From contig JAGIQG010000016.1 in the NCBI GenBank assembly GCA_024679065.1, forward strand, positions 13,516,001 to 13,580,000: a stretch of DNA of 64,000 nucleotides, written 5' to 3'. Below, piece after piece: positions 1 to 14,229 of the stretch. A program made the position numbers and the translations under genes. This DNA is from Sphyrna mokarran. Taxonomy: Eukaryota. The notes under the pieces are model-generated. The model did no database searches. It was not told the origin of the DNA and was given only the letters and a program-made list of their open reading frames with translations. The stretch's first letter is position 1. Each line of letters opens with the position of its first letter.

Positions 1-3000
1 ATTGGTCCCAGTAAGGATAACTTAAGAGCCAAGTGTCGCTCTTGCCGGCAGCTGACAGGCTCTGGCTCAGAAAATGCCCAGCGAGGTGTATGACGAATCG
101 GAATTGTTAAGATGGAAGTCTCCCTTACAGTTTTAAGTTGGAAACACCCGTTCAAAACATACTCCCGTTCAAACCAAACTGCCGTTCAAACCTCTGTTGG
201 AAGGGGAGGAGCAACAAATATATCAACTAAGAAACCGCCATTATCTGAGACTGAGAAGAAGATGCTTATGGATAAGGTCATTACAACATTTGGGTTTCTG
301 GGAAGACTTGCATGAGTTAAAAGAGGTTCATAGTTTGACAACGGATGACATGAGAATTTTAGTAAAGGGAAATTTAGATTAGACAAGCAAATGTTACTTG
401 GGCATGAGGAAGGAGAAATTGGATCTTTGCAACAGAATATGGTGAGGACCAAAGACGTGAACAGTTTAAATAGACAATCGGAGAAGCTAGAACTGAAGGA
501 CAGGCTAATTGGATGAAGGTGACTTTACCATAGAATCATTGTAGTGTAGAGGGAGGACATTTTGTCCTATTGAGACTGCACTGACCAAATCCCTTTAAGC
601 CCTATCCTCGCAATGCTACATACTTAGCGTACTAATCTCTCTGACACTAAGGGACAATTTAGTATATCCAATCAATCTAACACGCGCATCATTGGACTGT
701 GGGCGGAAACCAGAGCACTAGAAGAAACCCAGGCATATATGGGGTGAGCGTGTAAACTCCACACAGACAGTGACCAGAGGCTGTAGTTGAACATGGATCA
801 CTGGCTCTGAGGCAGCACCGCTAACCACTGTTCCACCCTGCTGCCTTGAATGAAATCGAACACTAAAGAACCTGCAGAAGAATAAGGAGAAAGAAAATTG
901 AGATCTTATGTAGTAAATGGAGGGGTCAAACACTATTTTGGATGAAGATATATTTTTGAGCTTACTCAAAGTTGGGCTCTGTTAGGTCTGACTCGAATCA
1001 TAGATATGGGTATTCCAAGAGGAAGTAATTATCTAGATGTCATGATTTGGGCTACGAAAATTCTCAAAACTACTAGGAAATTTTAGCGCAGATTAATCGC
1101 CGCAGCCTAAACACAAAATGCGTTTTACATTTGGATAGAAAAAAATATATAATGGCAGGGATTGCTGAAACACATCAGAGAAAATAACCACGTTAACAAA
1201 AAAAAACAATGCAGCAACAGCCGTTAAGATAGGTCACGATATCAAAGACTGCTGGGTGAAAGGGGTGGGAGGGATGGGTGGAAGAATTTCCAACTAGGGC
1301 GAAATGAACCTCCGAGGTTCAACCTCAAAATCTTGTAGAACACAGCAAATTCTCCACTCAATCTTTCAGATGACAGCAGCTTGCAGAAGCACTTAGATCT
1401 GAAATATAAATTAGAAGAACTTAAAACAGCATGCTGAGGTCCCAAAATGTTTATAGAAGCAGTGTTAGGAATGCGATCTTGCGGAATGTTTATGCATACC
1501 GGACTTTCTATGGATATAGCAGATGTAATTTTAATGTTAATTTTGCTGGCAGGTGATCAGACAGTACGATTGAATGAACCTTAGTGCAGTTAGGACTGCG
1601 TTGTTAAATAAATCTACTATACTGGAGATTGAGGGTGAAGGCGAACAGTTCGAGAATGCATATGTTCAACAAAGCAAGGATGAGTTTTCGCGATATATCC
1701 CTGAGAACAATTGGGAGCTAAAATCGATGTCATGACAGGACACAACAGTTAGTAATGAAAAACAACAGTTAGTAATGAAGATTTCTCATGAGGCTAATTC
1801 GCACGTTTAGTCCTTAAGAAACATATATGACAATTATTCGTAAAACATCGAATACAGGCAAACACTCCATCGTGGCAAATTCATCTAGCACCCTGAACAC
1901 TATTGAAATAGATCAGATAATGTTTAAAGAACTACATTAGCTACAGGATTTTGGTGAAAACTTGCAGCTAGTAAACAACAATATTGGCTTTTACAATAAG
2001 CAATTAGAAACACATTTTGATTGTCTGTCACAGGGATTACGCAACAGTCCAGCGATTTTTGAGAAACACATAGTACAGATAATAGAGTCTTTAGGTTGTG
2101 CAAGAACAACCATTTTGCAGAATGGGAAGACATTCTAATAGCACCCGACAGTTCAAAACACAATTGCTAAGCCACACACAAAGTAATTCAAACAAATCAG
2201 GAAGTTGGCCTTAAGCTTAAACCCTCGCAAAGAGCAGTTAGGTCAGGAATAATTTCCATCCCATGCAAATGTTATATATCAAGATAAAAAAAATCCAGAA
2301 GACCAAAAAGGGCATTATGTTTTTGTGCAAAGAGCACTTACAGTAAAAAAAGGTTGAGACAAGTGTTATGAAATTTTAATTGTTGCATTCATTTTGTGGA
2401 AGATGCTGCAGTGCCTGCAAATTTTACAGGATTTGATAAAAGGAAGAAGGGCTTGCAACAAAGAAAATAGACTGGGGATAAAAGGAGTTGCCTTCGTTCT
2501 CGGGTTTAAAGAAAGTTATGTTAAACGTTCCTGCATTAGGAGTACCGAACCCACTAATCCATTTCACATTTTCTTCAAGAGAATGATGCATGTGGTAGCC
2601 CAACTACCACATACACGAGGGCATATGAAAAGAAGTTGGATATTACGTTACTCAATTAGATTCATTGACAGAAGTAGGCATGTGTGAGAGCATAGTGTGT
2701 GTCTTATGAGCAATAAGTGTTTCAGAGCTACTCACCCTAATGAGAAATAAAAAGTCTACCCAGTCTTCAGTCAATCATCCGGCTTTTAGAAGCTGGGAGA
2801 TTGAAAAGCGTTTCTGACGTGGAAAAAATCAAAATGGGAAGCAAACCCTTTGCCAGGTGACAGGCATGTAGTCATCACCAGAATGTAAGGGAAATTGCTG
2901 CAGGAAGATTGACAGTGCAAGAAACGGAACATGATGTGCTGCAGAAGTGAATGAGGGAGCAAGTGAAGGTTTAGCAGAAGGACTGATTAACCTATGTGTA

Positions 3001-4950
3001 GCCGGAGCGAGAAAATACGTAACGGTTGAAAATTGTACAATATGGTAGTTCTCATGATGAACAAAAAAACTTATTTTAGGGGAGAAAAAAGAAGAATCCC
3101 AGGGAGCAATTCAGCGGAAATAGCAGAGTTGTAGTATTAATTGAAGTTTTGGAATGGACAAATAATTACGAATTAAAGTCTATACAGACCTTCGATAAGT
3201 GTTTGAGGTATTTAATGACTATATGGCAGCATGGGCAGGATGTGGCGTCGTTACAGCATCAGAGTATGATTAGAGATCTGATCCAAGCAGCCCTGCTTAG
3301 AAGCAGTTGCAATCAAAGTTTAAACTCATAAAAGGTCATAGACACAGACACTAATGGGAAACAGTCAAGTGGACAACGCAGCAAAATATTTGTTGTGAGA
3401 AAATTTGAAAAGGAGACAAACAGCAGATTTTCCATGTAAGTGACATTACAGCTGTTAATATGAAAGAAGTATAGGAAGAGAAGCAGAAATAGAGAAAAAA
3501 GGGAACAGATGGTCAAGATGGCGTATGGTGAAGAGAGGGGACAGATAGTATCAGTATAGTAGTAGTACAGAAACGCTTGCCAGAAGTATACCACGGATTA
3601 GATCATACAAGCATGCAATCATCTAGATATAATATGATCAATTAACTTGAAAATTGTTGGTGCGATGCCGCATAGCAAAATTTTGTTAGAGATGCCTACA
3701 GTGTGTTCTAGTAGAAGAAAATGTCTTTGCAGTCTTAAGGTCGGGAACCAGCCAATATCCAAGAAATATTTGCAAATGGATTTCACGGGACTATTGCCTA
3801 GAGCAGAAAGGAAGACGTATGATTTAGCAATTATTTATCATGCACCCGATGGGTTGAAGCAACTCCATGAAAAAAAATGCCACAAACAAATATTTACCTT
3901 TAATGTTAGTGAATATGACAACACATTGGCGGGGATTTCCTCTGTATTTAGACTCAAGACAGGGAACTCACTTCGCAGGAAGAGTTTTAAGAGAAGCCTG
4001 CAGTATGTTAATGATAAAACAAAGGTTTCACATATTGTATTATGCACAGCCTTCGGGAGTAGTACCGAAATGAATGAATGTATGAATATACAATTGAACC
4101 GAACACTGAGGAATAGTTTAGCCTTAGCTATTTTAGACGAACGAAAAAAAAATGTGTGCATGTATTGCCAGCAATTTCTGAAAACTACTCCTGCTGGAGG
4201 AAACAATGGTAGGGCCTGTGCTCTCCAGAAGATGTAATAACAGGGGGCCAAGACTCTGAAGATGGCCGAAAAGCGTTTCACTGTATGAATGATTTGACAG
4301 ATCGTTCTTGTTCCCTGAAGAAGTAGGGAACACTCAACAGCAGCGCGGGGAATAGTGCAAATAGCAGCACATAACACAACAAATTCACATGCACCATGGT
4401 GTAAGGGAATGGTGAAACTCATGACAGATGGGAATGGCTAGAGGGTCTGGTGTGAGCGGCCTATTAACATGATTATCAAATGCCCTAATTAATGAAACCT
4501 GGTGTTGTGAGACTACATGGGACAAAAGGTACAGTCAGCGATGATGAACTGGACAGATCCGAAACGATGTGCTGATGAGTCAGAAATGTGTCCCCAAGTG
4601 GGTGCACAAAACAGTAAAACAGGAAATCCGCATAGATTTTATAATCACAGTCAATATCTTAGAGATAATTTAGATTTGCAGACGAGTTATTAAATTAGTC
4701 TAAATAATGGTGCAGGGGTATGAGCGTAATATTAGAACAAAGGAGGTTAAAACAAAATGTTCAGTTAATGTGACACTAACTTCAGTGCTGGAAAGCATCT
4801 TGTTTATGTTTACATAATTTGACCAAAAGTACCAAGACAGCTTCGAGGACAAGGGGAGACAACCACAAACTATCAAATTCCAGGACTGATTGTCAAGTGT
4901 CAGACGTGAAACTGAAGGTGTGACGATTGTTGTGCAGATCTGCAAATGAG
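1..4950 (+). mobile_element. Decayed endogenous retrovirus-like LTR retroelement, internal region (gag, RT, RNase H, integrase; possible env remnant)
   Basis: Frameshifted pol motifs in order. RT: 'CLSQGLRNSPAIF' (~2022-2060) and 'EDILIA' (~2126-2143). RNase H: 'SNSAEIAEL' (~3105-3132), 'YTD' (~3181) and 'MGNSQVDNAAK' (~3353-3385). Integrase: 'LQMDFTGLLP' and 'AQPSGVV..LNRTLRN' (3647-4237). No LTR recognised; the 3' boundary is uncertain. Confidence 0.8.
528..845 (-). mobile_element. HE1-like V-SINE inserted in the retroelement gag region
   Basis: The reverse complement starts GGCAGCAGGGTGGAACAGTGGTTAGCGGTGCTGCCTCAGAG (tRNA-derived head), followed by a V-domain-like TGTGTGGAGTTT..GGTTTCCGCCCACAGTCC and a LINE-like tail. 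Confidence 0.9.
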
Positions 4951-4999
4951 TTTTTATCCTTCTTATTATTGACACATGGTTGAAATATAGAGTATATTT

Positions 5000-5260
5000 T
5001 AAATCACAATATTAACACTGCAATGAATTCATTGTGTCCACCCCCCAGTCACCACAATCTACAGCATGTACCACTATACTGAGGCAGAACTTAGCGCAGC
5101 CAATGCATATGATTTGGCCTGTGGAAATAAACCAAAGAAACGGAGGAAATTCACGCAGACATTGACAAAACTTGCAAACTCATAAGATCCAGTTCGGAAG
5201 AGAAGAGAATCTTCGACAACGTGAGGCAGCAATATTCACCACTATTAAACATTAGCGCCC
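5000..5260 (-). mobile_element. Degenerate HE1-like SINE
   Basis: Diverged 'gtggaaataaacc..cacgcagac..tgcaaact..gtgaggcagc' similar to the 528-845 copy. Confidence 0.6.
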
Positions 5261-5319
5261 CGAAAGAAGATATAGGCATTGCCTGTTGATACACATCAAA
5301 ATGTTTTTTTTTATATTGA

Positions 5320-6670
5320 ATGGACTACTTTTGACACAGGATAGTAGCAAACATAATGTAATTAATTTCACGCTGGTGAGTCTTACGCCAGTGGTTGATA
5401 AATTAATGGAGATGATTCTTCGAGGCAAGAATTATTCGTCACTTGGAAATAAGTGGACGTAAAAGCGAGAGGCAGCATGATTTTGTTAAGGGGAATTAGT
5501 GTCCAACTAACCTGATGGAGTTTTTTTCGAGGAAGTGACAAAGATGATTGATGAATATAGGGTAGATGTACACGGACTTCACTCAGGCCTTTGACAAGAT
5601 CCTTCTTGGCAGACTGGTACATAAGGTGAAATTGCCCTGCTACATCGTTGAGCTGGCAAGATGGCTATAGAACTGGCACAATTATAGTTGACAGTGGAAG
5701 AGTGCTTTTCTGAATGGAGGACTAGATATAGTGACATTTGGAGCAAAATGGAACTGTTTTGATTCTTATCTGTGTGGAAAACACGGATTGATGCAATTGC
5801 AGACAGTTATGAAGACTGTCAGAAGACACAACAGGATATAGATTGTTGGAGACGAGGATGAAAAGATGGCAAATGACGTTTAATCCGGACAAACGTGAAG
5901 CAATGTACTCTGGAAGAACTATTGCAAATGGAAAATATACGATAAATGGCAGAACTGTTACGAATATTGAGAGACATATGGATTTGGGTTACAAATACAT
6001 ACGTTACCGGAAGTGTCAACACAGGTGGACAATGCAGTCAAGAACTCATATGGCCTTCAATGGCCGGAGCATTGAGTTTAAAAATTGACAAGACATGTTG
6101 CAACTTTATAAAACCATAGTTACATCACACTTGTATTATAGTTTTCTATTCTTTTCGCAACACAACCAGCAGGATGGGGAGGCTTTGGAGGCGGTACAGA
6201 AGTTAAGATTTACTAAGACGTTTCCCGGTATGGAGGATATTTGTAATGATGAGGCTTTGCAGAAACTTGATTTGTTCTCACTGGAACGACGGCTGTTGAG
6301 GGCCGACTTGATAGAGGTATATACTGTTATGAGGGACATGAAAGTATGGATAGTCAGAAGATGGGAGAGTCAATTAACAGCGGCTTAGGTTTATGATGCG
6401 TGGAGCTAGTTTTAAAGGAGATGTACGATACATTTTTTTTTTAAAAAGAATGTAGTGCACGCCTAGAAATCACTGCTGGCAAAAGTCTTGGAAGGAACAA
6501 TATTATTTTTTAAGTGGGCATCTTGACGAATACATGGATAAAAAGGGAATAGGGGAATATATTCCTCGGAGGTGTAAGGGATTTAGCTGGGCAGCATGCT
6601 TGGTGCAGGTTTGAAAAACCGAATGACCTGTTACTATGCTGCATTTTGTTTTACTTTATTTGTACTTTGT
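5320..6670 (+). mobile_element. 5'-truncated, decayed CR1 LINE (RT C-terminus and 3' UTR)
   Basis: ORF fragments 'RWQMTFNPDK' and 'MLQLYKTIV..LDLFSLERRLLRADLIEVY', with a T-rich repeat tail near 6640-6670. Confidence 0.9.
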
Positions 6671-6784
6671 TGTTTCCCACATTGCTTCAAGGGGAACACA
6701 CGTGTCCAAATCTCAACGGCATGTATTGGGATTATTAAAACAAGTCATGCCCAGAGTAACCTGTTAAATAGATGGGTTCGTGTT

Positions 6785-9700
6785 ACATTAGAACATAAAA
6801 ACATAATAGATAGGAACAACAATGAGCCTTTTGATCATTCAACCCTGTTCCACTATTAATTATGGTCATGGTGGATCATCCAACTCAACAGTCTGATTCT
6901 CTTTTCTTCCCCCAAAACATTTGATCCCATTCGCCCCAACTGCTATTTCTAGCCGTCTCTTGAACACAATCCGTGTTTTGGTGTCAACTAATTCTAGTGG
7001 CAACTAATTCCACAGGCTAATCATTCTTGTGTGAAGAAACGTCTCCTCATCTCCATTTTAAATGGCCAATCATGTACATTCAGATGGTTCTGAATACTCT
7101 CACCATCGGGAATACCCTCCATTCATCCACCCTGTTGAGTCAAGTTAGAATTTTCTTAATCTCTATGTGATCCCCTTCATTCGTCTCAACTCTAGCATAA
7201 GCAATCCTAACTTTGTCAATGTCTTATTATACATCAGTCCCGCCATCATCGGAGTCAGCCTAATAAACCTTTGCTGTGCTCCCTAAAGAGCAAGAGCATC
7301 CTTCCTCAGCAAGGCATTGTCTCATTCCAAAAACATTTCGTTGCTCTATTACTCGAAACATTTAGCAATGAAGACCAACATGTCATTTACCTTCTTCGTC
7401 ACCTGCAGCACCTGCACAATTGTCTTCCGTGACTGGTGCCCAAGGATATCATGTCCCACTGCGCATTCCCCTCTCCCAATTTACAGCCATTGATGTAATA
7501 ATCTGTATTTGCTTTTGTTTCCAAACCGAATAACCTCACAATTATCCACATTACACTGCATTGGCCATTGATTTGCCAAATCAGTCAATCTGTCCAGATC
7601 ATTATGAAAGATCTCGGCATCCTCGTCACAGTTCACCCACCAAACTCGATATTACCTGCAAACTTTGGGAAGTTAAATCTTGTTCCCTCGTCCAAGTCAT
7701 TGTGAATAGCTAGGGCTCCATCACCGAACCCTGTGGGATTCCACAAATTAGTGCCTGCCGATTGTAAAATCCTCAGTGACATCTACTCATCGTTTCATCC
7801 CTGCCAACCAGTTTTCTGTCGATCTCAATACGCTTGCCCCAATCTCATGCATTTTAATCTTGAATGATAATCTTTTATGCTGTACTTTTCCAAACATTTT
7901 CTGACATACACAACTTCGACTGGCTCCTCCCTTCTCAACTCTACTCGTTATATCTTCAAAGAATTCCAACATATTGTCAAGCATGTCTTCCCCTTCATAA
8001 ACCCTTGCTGACTCTGTCTAATCCTGCCACTTTTTCTAAATGGTCTGTTAGAAAATCCTTGATAATGAATTCGAGAATTTTCCTCAATACTGATGTTAGC
8101 TTACTGATCTATTATTCCCAATTTTCTCCCTACCTCAGTCTTTTTCAATACTGATGTGACATTATCTACCCTCCGATCTACAGTGAATTTTCCTGAGTCT
8201 ATAGAATCCTGCAAGCTGACCACCAAAACATCCATTATTTCTAGAGCCACTCCCTTAAGTACTCTGGCATGTAGATTATCAGGCGCTGAGGATTTGTCTG
8301 AATTCAATGCCGCCAATTTTCCCCACACTATTCCTTTACAAATGTTAAGCACCTTCAGTTTTTCCTTCTCTGTAAATCTTACATTCTTCAACATTTCTGA
8401 TATCTGATTTGTGCCATTTTCGTGAAGAGAGTACAAAAGTATGTGTTCATTTGCTCGGTCATTTCTTTGTCCTTTATTATATAGCCCCCCCCCCCCCCAT
8501 TTCTGTCTGTAGGATACCTGTATTTGTGTTCATAATCTCTTTCTCTTCACGTATCTATAGAAAATGTTCGCGTCAGTCTTTATGCTCGTTGCAAACGAAC
8601 ATCCATGTTACATTTTCACTTCTTAATCAATCTCTAGGTCTTTGCTTGCTGAATGATAAACTGCTCCCAATCTTCAGATCATTTTTTTCCCCCTTGGCCA
8701 ATCTGTATGCTTCTTCCTAACATTGGATATTCTCGCTAATTTTCTTTGGAAGCCATGAATTGGTCCTCTTACTCATTCTGTCTTTGTGCCAGGCAGAAAT
8801 AAAGAATGGTTGTAGCTCCCCCGTGATTGCCTATCCATTGATATCTCTTTAGGTAACTCGCCCCCATTTATCAAGGCCAACTCACAGCACATATCCTCAT
8901 AATTCAGTTAATTAAGATTCAGCAACCTAGTTACCAAATGAACTAGGTTACTCTCAATCTAGACAAAAAAAAACTGTATTATGTTATGATCACTCAACCT
9001 CAAGGTCTCTCATACAGCTCTTTTGGCAATGATTGTCTTCTCATTACACTGTGCCCAGTCTAAGGTGGCCTGCTCTGTAGTTGGTTCCTTTACATATTGG
9101 TCGAGAAAACCATCTTGTATGCATTTGAGAAATGTGCCCTCTACAGCTTGTGACTAATTTGAATTACCCAATCAATGTGCAGCTTAAAGTCACTCATCAC
9201 CGATAACCCCTTGTCACATGCATTTTTAATTTCCTGTTCCGTGATATTCTCAGCATCACCACTGCACTTTGGAGGTCTTTATTTTTTTTTTGCCTCTTGT
9301 TATTTCTAAACTCTCCTTACACAGATTCTACCTTTTCAGTGTTAATGTTATTTCCCTAATATATTGTTTCCCTTTTCAACCAAAAGTGCCACGAGCTCCC
9401 TTTTCCTAAATATTGGATATCCTAGGGTATTCAATCCCCACCCGTGATCAACCTCCAGCCACATATCCGTAATCAAAGGATATTGTCTCTGTTTACATCT
9501 AGCTGTGTGATTAGTTTGTTCACTTGTTTGTACATGCTTTGCGCATTACTAGTCAGAACCTTTACACTTTTTTTAATATTGCTTGCCTTACTCGCAATAT
9601 TGTCTCTGTGGTCAGTTTGAACTTTGTGTTTGGTTTCTCTACCTTCACTTTTTGTATTCCTTTCCTTATCTTTTTATTTTCTTCGTGGGCCCTCCTTGTC

Positions 9701-10700
9701 TGGTTCCTTATACAGGTTCTCATTCCCCAGACGTATTAGGTTAAACCCTCCACAAACATTCAAACAAACAGTCCCCTGAGGGCATCAGTCTCAGTTGTGC
9801 CTATGTGTAAACCATCGAATTTGTGCAGTTCCCACCTCCCGAAAACCAGTTCCAATTCTCCAGGAATCTGAAACTCTCACTTTGATACCATTTCATCAGC
9901 CACGTAGTTATTTGATGTACCCTGTCGTTTCTGATCTCACTAATACGTGACGCTGTCAGTACTCCTGACATCATTACCTTTGAGGTCCAATTTCTTTATT
10001 TTCTGCCTAGCTCTCTGTATTTTGCTTTTAATATCTCATTCACTTCGTTTAACCTTTGTCGTTTGTACTGGCATACATCACGGCACTGTTTGTTCACCCT
10101 CTCCCCCTAGAATGTCATGTACCCACTCTGAGACATCTTTGAAACTAGAACCAGCGAGGCAACATGCCGTCCTTGAGTGTCATTTCCGGTCACAGAAATG
10201 CATATCTATTCCTCGTACAAAAGAATCGCCAATAACTATTGCACTGGCACAATGTTTAATTCTCCCCTCTGCAGCAATGCCAACCGTGGCCTAACAAGCT
10301 TGACTGCTGCTGTTTTCGCGAGAGAGGTCATTCCCCTCAACAACCTCCAAAGTAGTGTATTTGTTTTGCAGGGGAATGGTGAGCTGCGTATCCCTCTTGC
10401 TCTGTATGGCGCCACCCATTCCCCTGCTGATTGCGAAGTTTTCGCTCACTGTGTGAATGTCTCTCTATACATACTATGCAAGATACTTTCTAATTCACGG
10501 ATGCTCCAGAGTGTATCTAGCCGCAGGTCTATCTCTGAAAGTCGAGCTTCCACGAGCTGTAGCTGGAGATAGTACCTGCTCGCATGCTGAATCGAGGGAT
10601 TCCAAGTGTGCCCAGCTTCCATATGGAACAAGAGGAGAAAAGTACTGCTTGCATTTCTCTCGTCACATCGTAACATTTAAATTAAACGTTTCAAAGCTTT
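6785..10700 (-). mobile_element. Near full-length decayed CR1 LINE (ORF1 and ORF2)
   Basis: ORF2 fragments 'DKSSAPDNLHARVLK' and 'NMLEFFEDITSRV'; ORF1-like 'LQLQLVEARLSEIDLRLDTLWSIRELES' (10446-10676); CR1 tail at ~6785. Confidence 0.9.
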
Positions 10701-11877
10701 TATATTTCAGACTATGTATAATTTCCTTTTCGTCCTGCTCCACGACATTTATAAACTACAGACCACAGAAGTTACAAGGAAACACTACTGTAATTTTCAA
10801 CAACCACAATGCCAAGAGTAAAAAAAGAAGCAACGCTATTTACTAGTTAAAGGCTATGATGGCATGAAGCAATTTTTATCTATCTCTCACTTGCCCTCGA
10901 TCTTCCCTCGCATGTCCGCATCTCCCAAAGATGAACACTTCTTTCTCCATGAACCTAGTTCACATTCAGCTCAAATGCGATGTCCGCATTCTTTCTAAAA
11001 TCAAAATACAGCTGCATTCACTCCCCTAATGGCATGTGCAGACTCACTGGTCCAGTGGGTATGTCGTTCTATATATTTAACGTTCTGACCAATTTGCAAC
11101 TGGGAGAAGTTGCCATGTGCTTGTGGCAATAGACAGCGTTGTTGGTGTCCTCCCGTATCAATATATAAAACTGTCGATTGAAAATGAAAACACTAGAATT
11201 TAGAACAGGTTTACAATGATACCGCTGCAGCCCTGAGATAGTGGTTCTGGGCTCTGTGGTCCTGCAGTACATATGACACCAGACAATAACTTGATAATTA
11301 AGAGTGCAAATCGTGTTTTAATTGGATTAGGATGTAGCACATTAATACAATTCAGTGAATATAACCAATTTGGGCACACGTGTTAAAAAAGACTTCAAAA
11401 AATTCAAAGAATAAATAGCAACATTTTCTTTGTGGAACTGGGCAACTGGCTGGATGCGTTACTGAAAATAAATCAATAAACAGTTTTTTTTCTTCATTAT
11501 TATCTTAATGTTCGTTGAAAGTATACAAACGTTTTGATGCTGCTGCACGGCAGGGAAATCTATAAGAGGGATAGAAGCAGAGGCATAATCATGTAAAGAA
11601 AAACATCTTCCTTTCACCAAACGCACATCCAAAATATGAAAACGTGTACTGTCAGAAATCTATTTGATGACATACTTAAGATAATATAACTTTTCATTAT
11701 GATGTGAATATTCACCGGTATTATTATTTCAAATTCATCTATGGACAACCCGTCCAGTATTAGTGATGACAATCAAGATACACAATGACAAAATAAAAAG
11801 GCTATACCAACTTTTAGAAGTAAATATTACTTCCTTAGGTACTTCTATTTTTTTGTCAAATATTGGGTAACCAACAG

Positions 11878-11911
11878 AAATATAGCCGGTGGAAGTGGAA
11901 AATTACTGCAG
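11878..11911 (+). pseudogene. Probable dead copy of the 36-nt (type C) microexon
   Basis: cag|AAATATAG...ACTGCAG|gtttgt resembles 53768-53803 at both ends, but it is 34 nt long and has an in-frame TAG. Confidence 0.35.
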
Positions 11912-13913
11912 GTTTGTACAGTTTTGTTTTAAGAAAAACAGACATTGGCCGAATGGCAGAACGGCCAGTCTTAGGAAATAATACTTCCAAATAGGCTTAT
12001 AAGCTAACAGTACAGGTATTGAAGGAAGGTTTAAACAAGTTACTTTGATCTTTTTTAAAGATATGTGCTAATATCCTGAATGTTCAAAAACCATACTTTA
12101 CTTCTGCCAAAGGCAGTTTGCTTTGAAGCATCTTCATAAACCGTATTAAGGCAAAACCATATTATAAGGGGGAAAAAAACTTGCCTTGGGAATGTGCACG
12201 TTTTATCAGTGGAGTTTATTATGTAATGGGAATTTAGGCATTTAGTCAAATTTCATGAATCGGATTTATTCACTGTCCAGATAATATGGATTCATGAACA
12301 GATATCTGTTAATGTGGTTTGGCAATGACCTACACATGAACTTATGGGAACACACCCTTGAAGTTTGCCGCTGTTGTCTGTCTATTGGCGGATATAGGAT
12401 GTTGAGTTAGCCAAGACGGCAAGATTCAAAGGACAAGTGTCATTGTGCAAGAGGACAAGATGCAATTGGCTAAGGTTTATTGCAGGTATTATTGTTGATG
12501 TATCTGTGTTGAAGCTGATTGATTTAAAACTAATGAATGGTAGGAATAATTGATCAGAAAATCTATCGATTGTTCTATTTTGAATTGTATACGCCAGAAT
12601 TCATTAGAAAGGCCTAGCTGCTCCAACTTTGGTGATTTTCCTTAGAGGCCTCTGGTCAAAATAAAGTTTACATTATTAAACTGAGTCACTGACTTCGTGA
12701 GTGCTGAAATATCAGATAGTACCCGGCCACCCTGAAAACCGCACCAGTGGAGTAAAATACCCATAACTATAAAATGTTGCAGCAAAATCTTCACTTCATA
12801 TTTTCATGGACGTCTCTGAAGCTACAAATCTATTTGTCCCACCATAGAATTATTGTTCATTATTACATTTTTTCATGTACAATATTTGTATTTATGAATC
12901 TCAATATGTTTATGATTTTGACGTTGCATCGGACTCATGTTAACTGTTTGTCCTGTCTGAGCATTGACCCCTGGGCAAGGCTGACTTGTTTTCCAATAAA
13001 GAATGTTCAATGTAAATGAAGTACGAAGTGCAATGGCAGGAATGTCGATGGTTCAAACGTCACCGCCCCCACCCCCAACCCCCACCCCCGCGCTATAAAG
13101 GTGAGATGTAATCTGAATGATTCTGCTGACCTATCAGCAATAATCATTGTCAGTATTTTGTTCACATTTTGTGATAGTTGCTTATCTGTAAAGTCGCTAA
13201 GTTTATCTTCTTCCTAAATATCCTTCTGTGAGCAGTTTCCAACATATTTGTACATCATGGTAAAATGCTATTAAGCGTGGATTATGCCCCCTGAATTATA
13301 GCAATCTACTTGCCCCTGACGCAATAATTTCAACCTTTATACTTTTAAAAATGAAGCTCAAGATTTAACTGTTAACGAGGGTGTTAACTGTGTTTCTGTA
13401 CTTATGCTTAGATTTTGCAATCCTATGTCCCATTATATATCTGCTTACTGTGTATTATAAATGCACTTCTTAACATTTGAAGCATTCACTTGACATGGAT
13501 CGCACAGCTAATGCGTTTCATTTGATTTTGCGCTACATGCCCCTTGTGATATAAGCATCATGTGCTTGCAACTTTTTTTTTGTAACCTGTTTTGGCATAA
13601 CCTACGGTTCACAACAAAAAAAAGTCAGCACTGGAAATCGTTAGTTGTAAAATGATTTTACTTCTCATTCAGTGCACCAATAATTTTTTGCTCGTTCGTT
13701 GTCATATTTACAAAACTGTTGATGCACAGTAAATAATACGTTGCATGTTCTAAACATTTATAATGATTTGACTTCTCAATCCGGTTTGCAGAAGACGCAT
13801 TGAAGTGTAAGGAAACCGAGATCAATTCATTCAATATTTCAAGCGCAGCAGCAATTCGCAGAATTTGTTGATACAAAATTGCCTTACATTGGGATCAGGA
13901 GTGTTTTTGTTAG

Positions 13914-13942
13914 ATGCAACGACCATCGGAAAAAAAAATAAC
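13914..13942 (+). pseudogene. Dead type A microexon
   Basis: ttgttag|ATGCAACGACCATCGGAAAAAAAAATAAC|atgagc resembles 38558-38584. It is 29 nt long, the donor is GT>AT, and the upstream gcaattcg motif is shared. Confidence 0.55.
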
Positions 13943-13959
13943 ATGAGCTTGTTCCTGGG

Positions 13960-14130
13960 ATAAGACCAGAAGATCATAGGACATACGAGCACAATTAGGC
14001 CGCTTGTCTATCTAGTCTGCTCCTCCATTCAATCATGGTTGATATTTGCCTCATCCTCATTCTCCTGCCTTTCCCCCATAACGTCTGATCCCCTTATTAA
14101 TCAATAACCTATCACTCTCTGTCATAAAGG
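13960..14130 (-). mobile_element. CR1 3'-end fragment
   Basis: 'aagatcataggacatacgagcacaattaggcc..ccattcaatcatggttgat' is the typical reverse complement of a CR1 tail. Confidence 0.7.
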
Positions 14131-14229
14131 CACAACCAAATTGTAATGTGACATGAGTGAATTAAACAGTTATGATAAGGTCAGGTAAACATAGTCTGCT
14201 GCCCGTTTTGAACTGTAGAATAGACAGGC

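Noticed and set aside
1274-1306. GWVEEFPT resembling an integrase WVEAFPT motif
   Set aside because: It lies upstream of RT, while the real integrase is at 3650-4240; probably a chance match in gag.
5340-5375. 36-nt AG..GTGAGT exon-like segment
   Set aside because: It has stops in phase 1, and the sequence is the CR1 'NYRPVSLT' region.
12646-12696. 51-nt segment with good splice sites
   Set aside because: Stop codons in all three frames.
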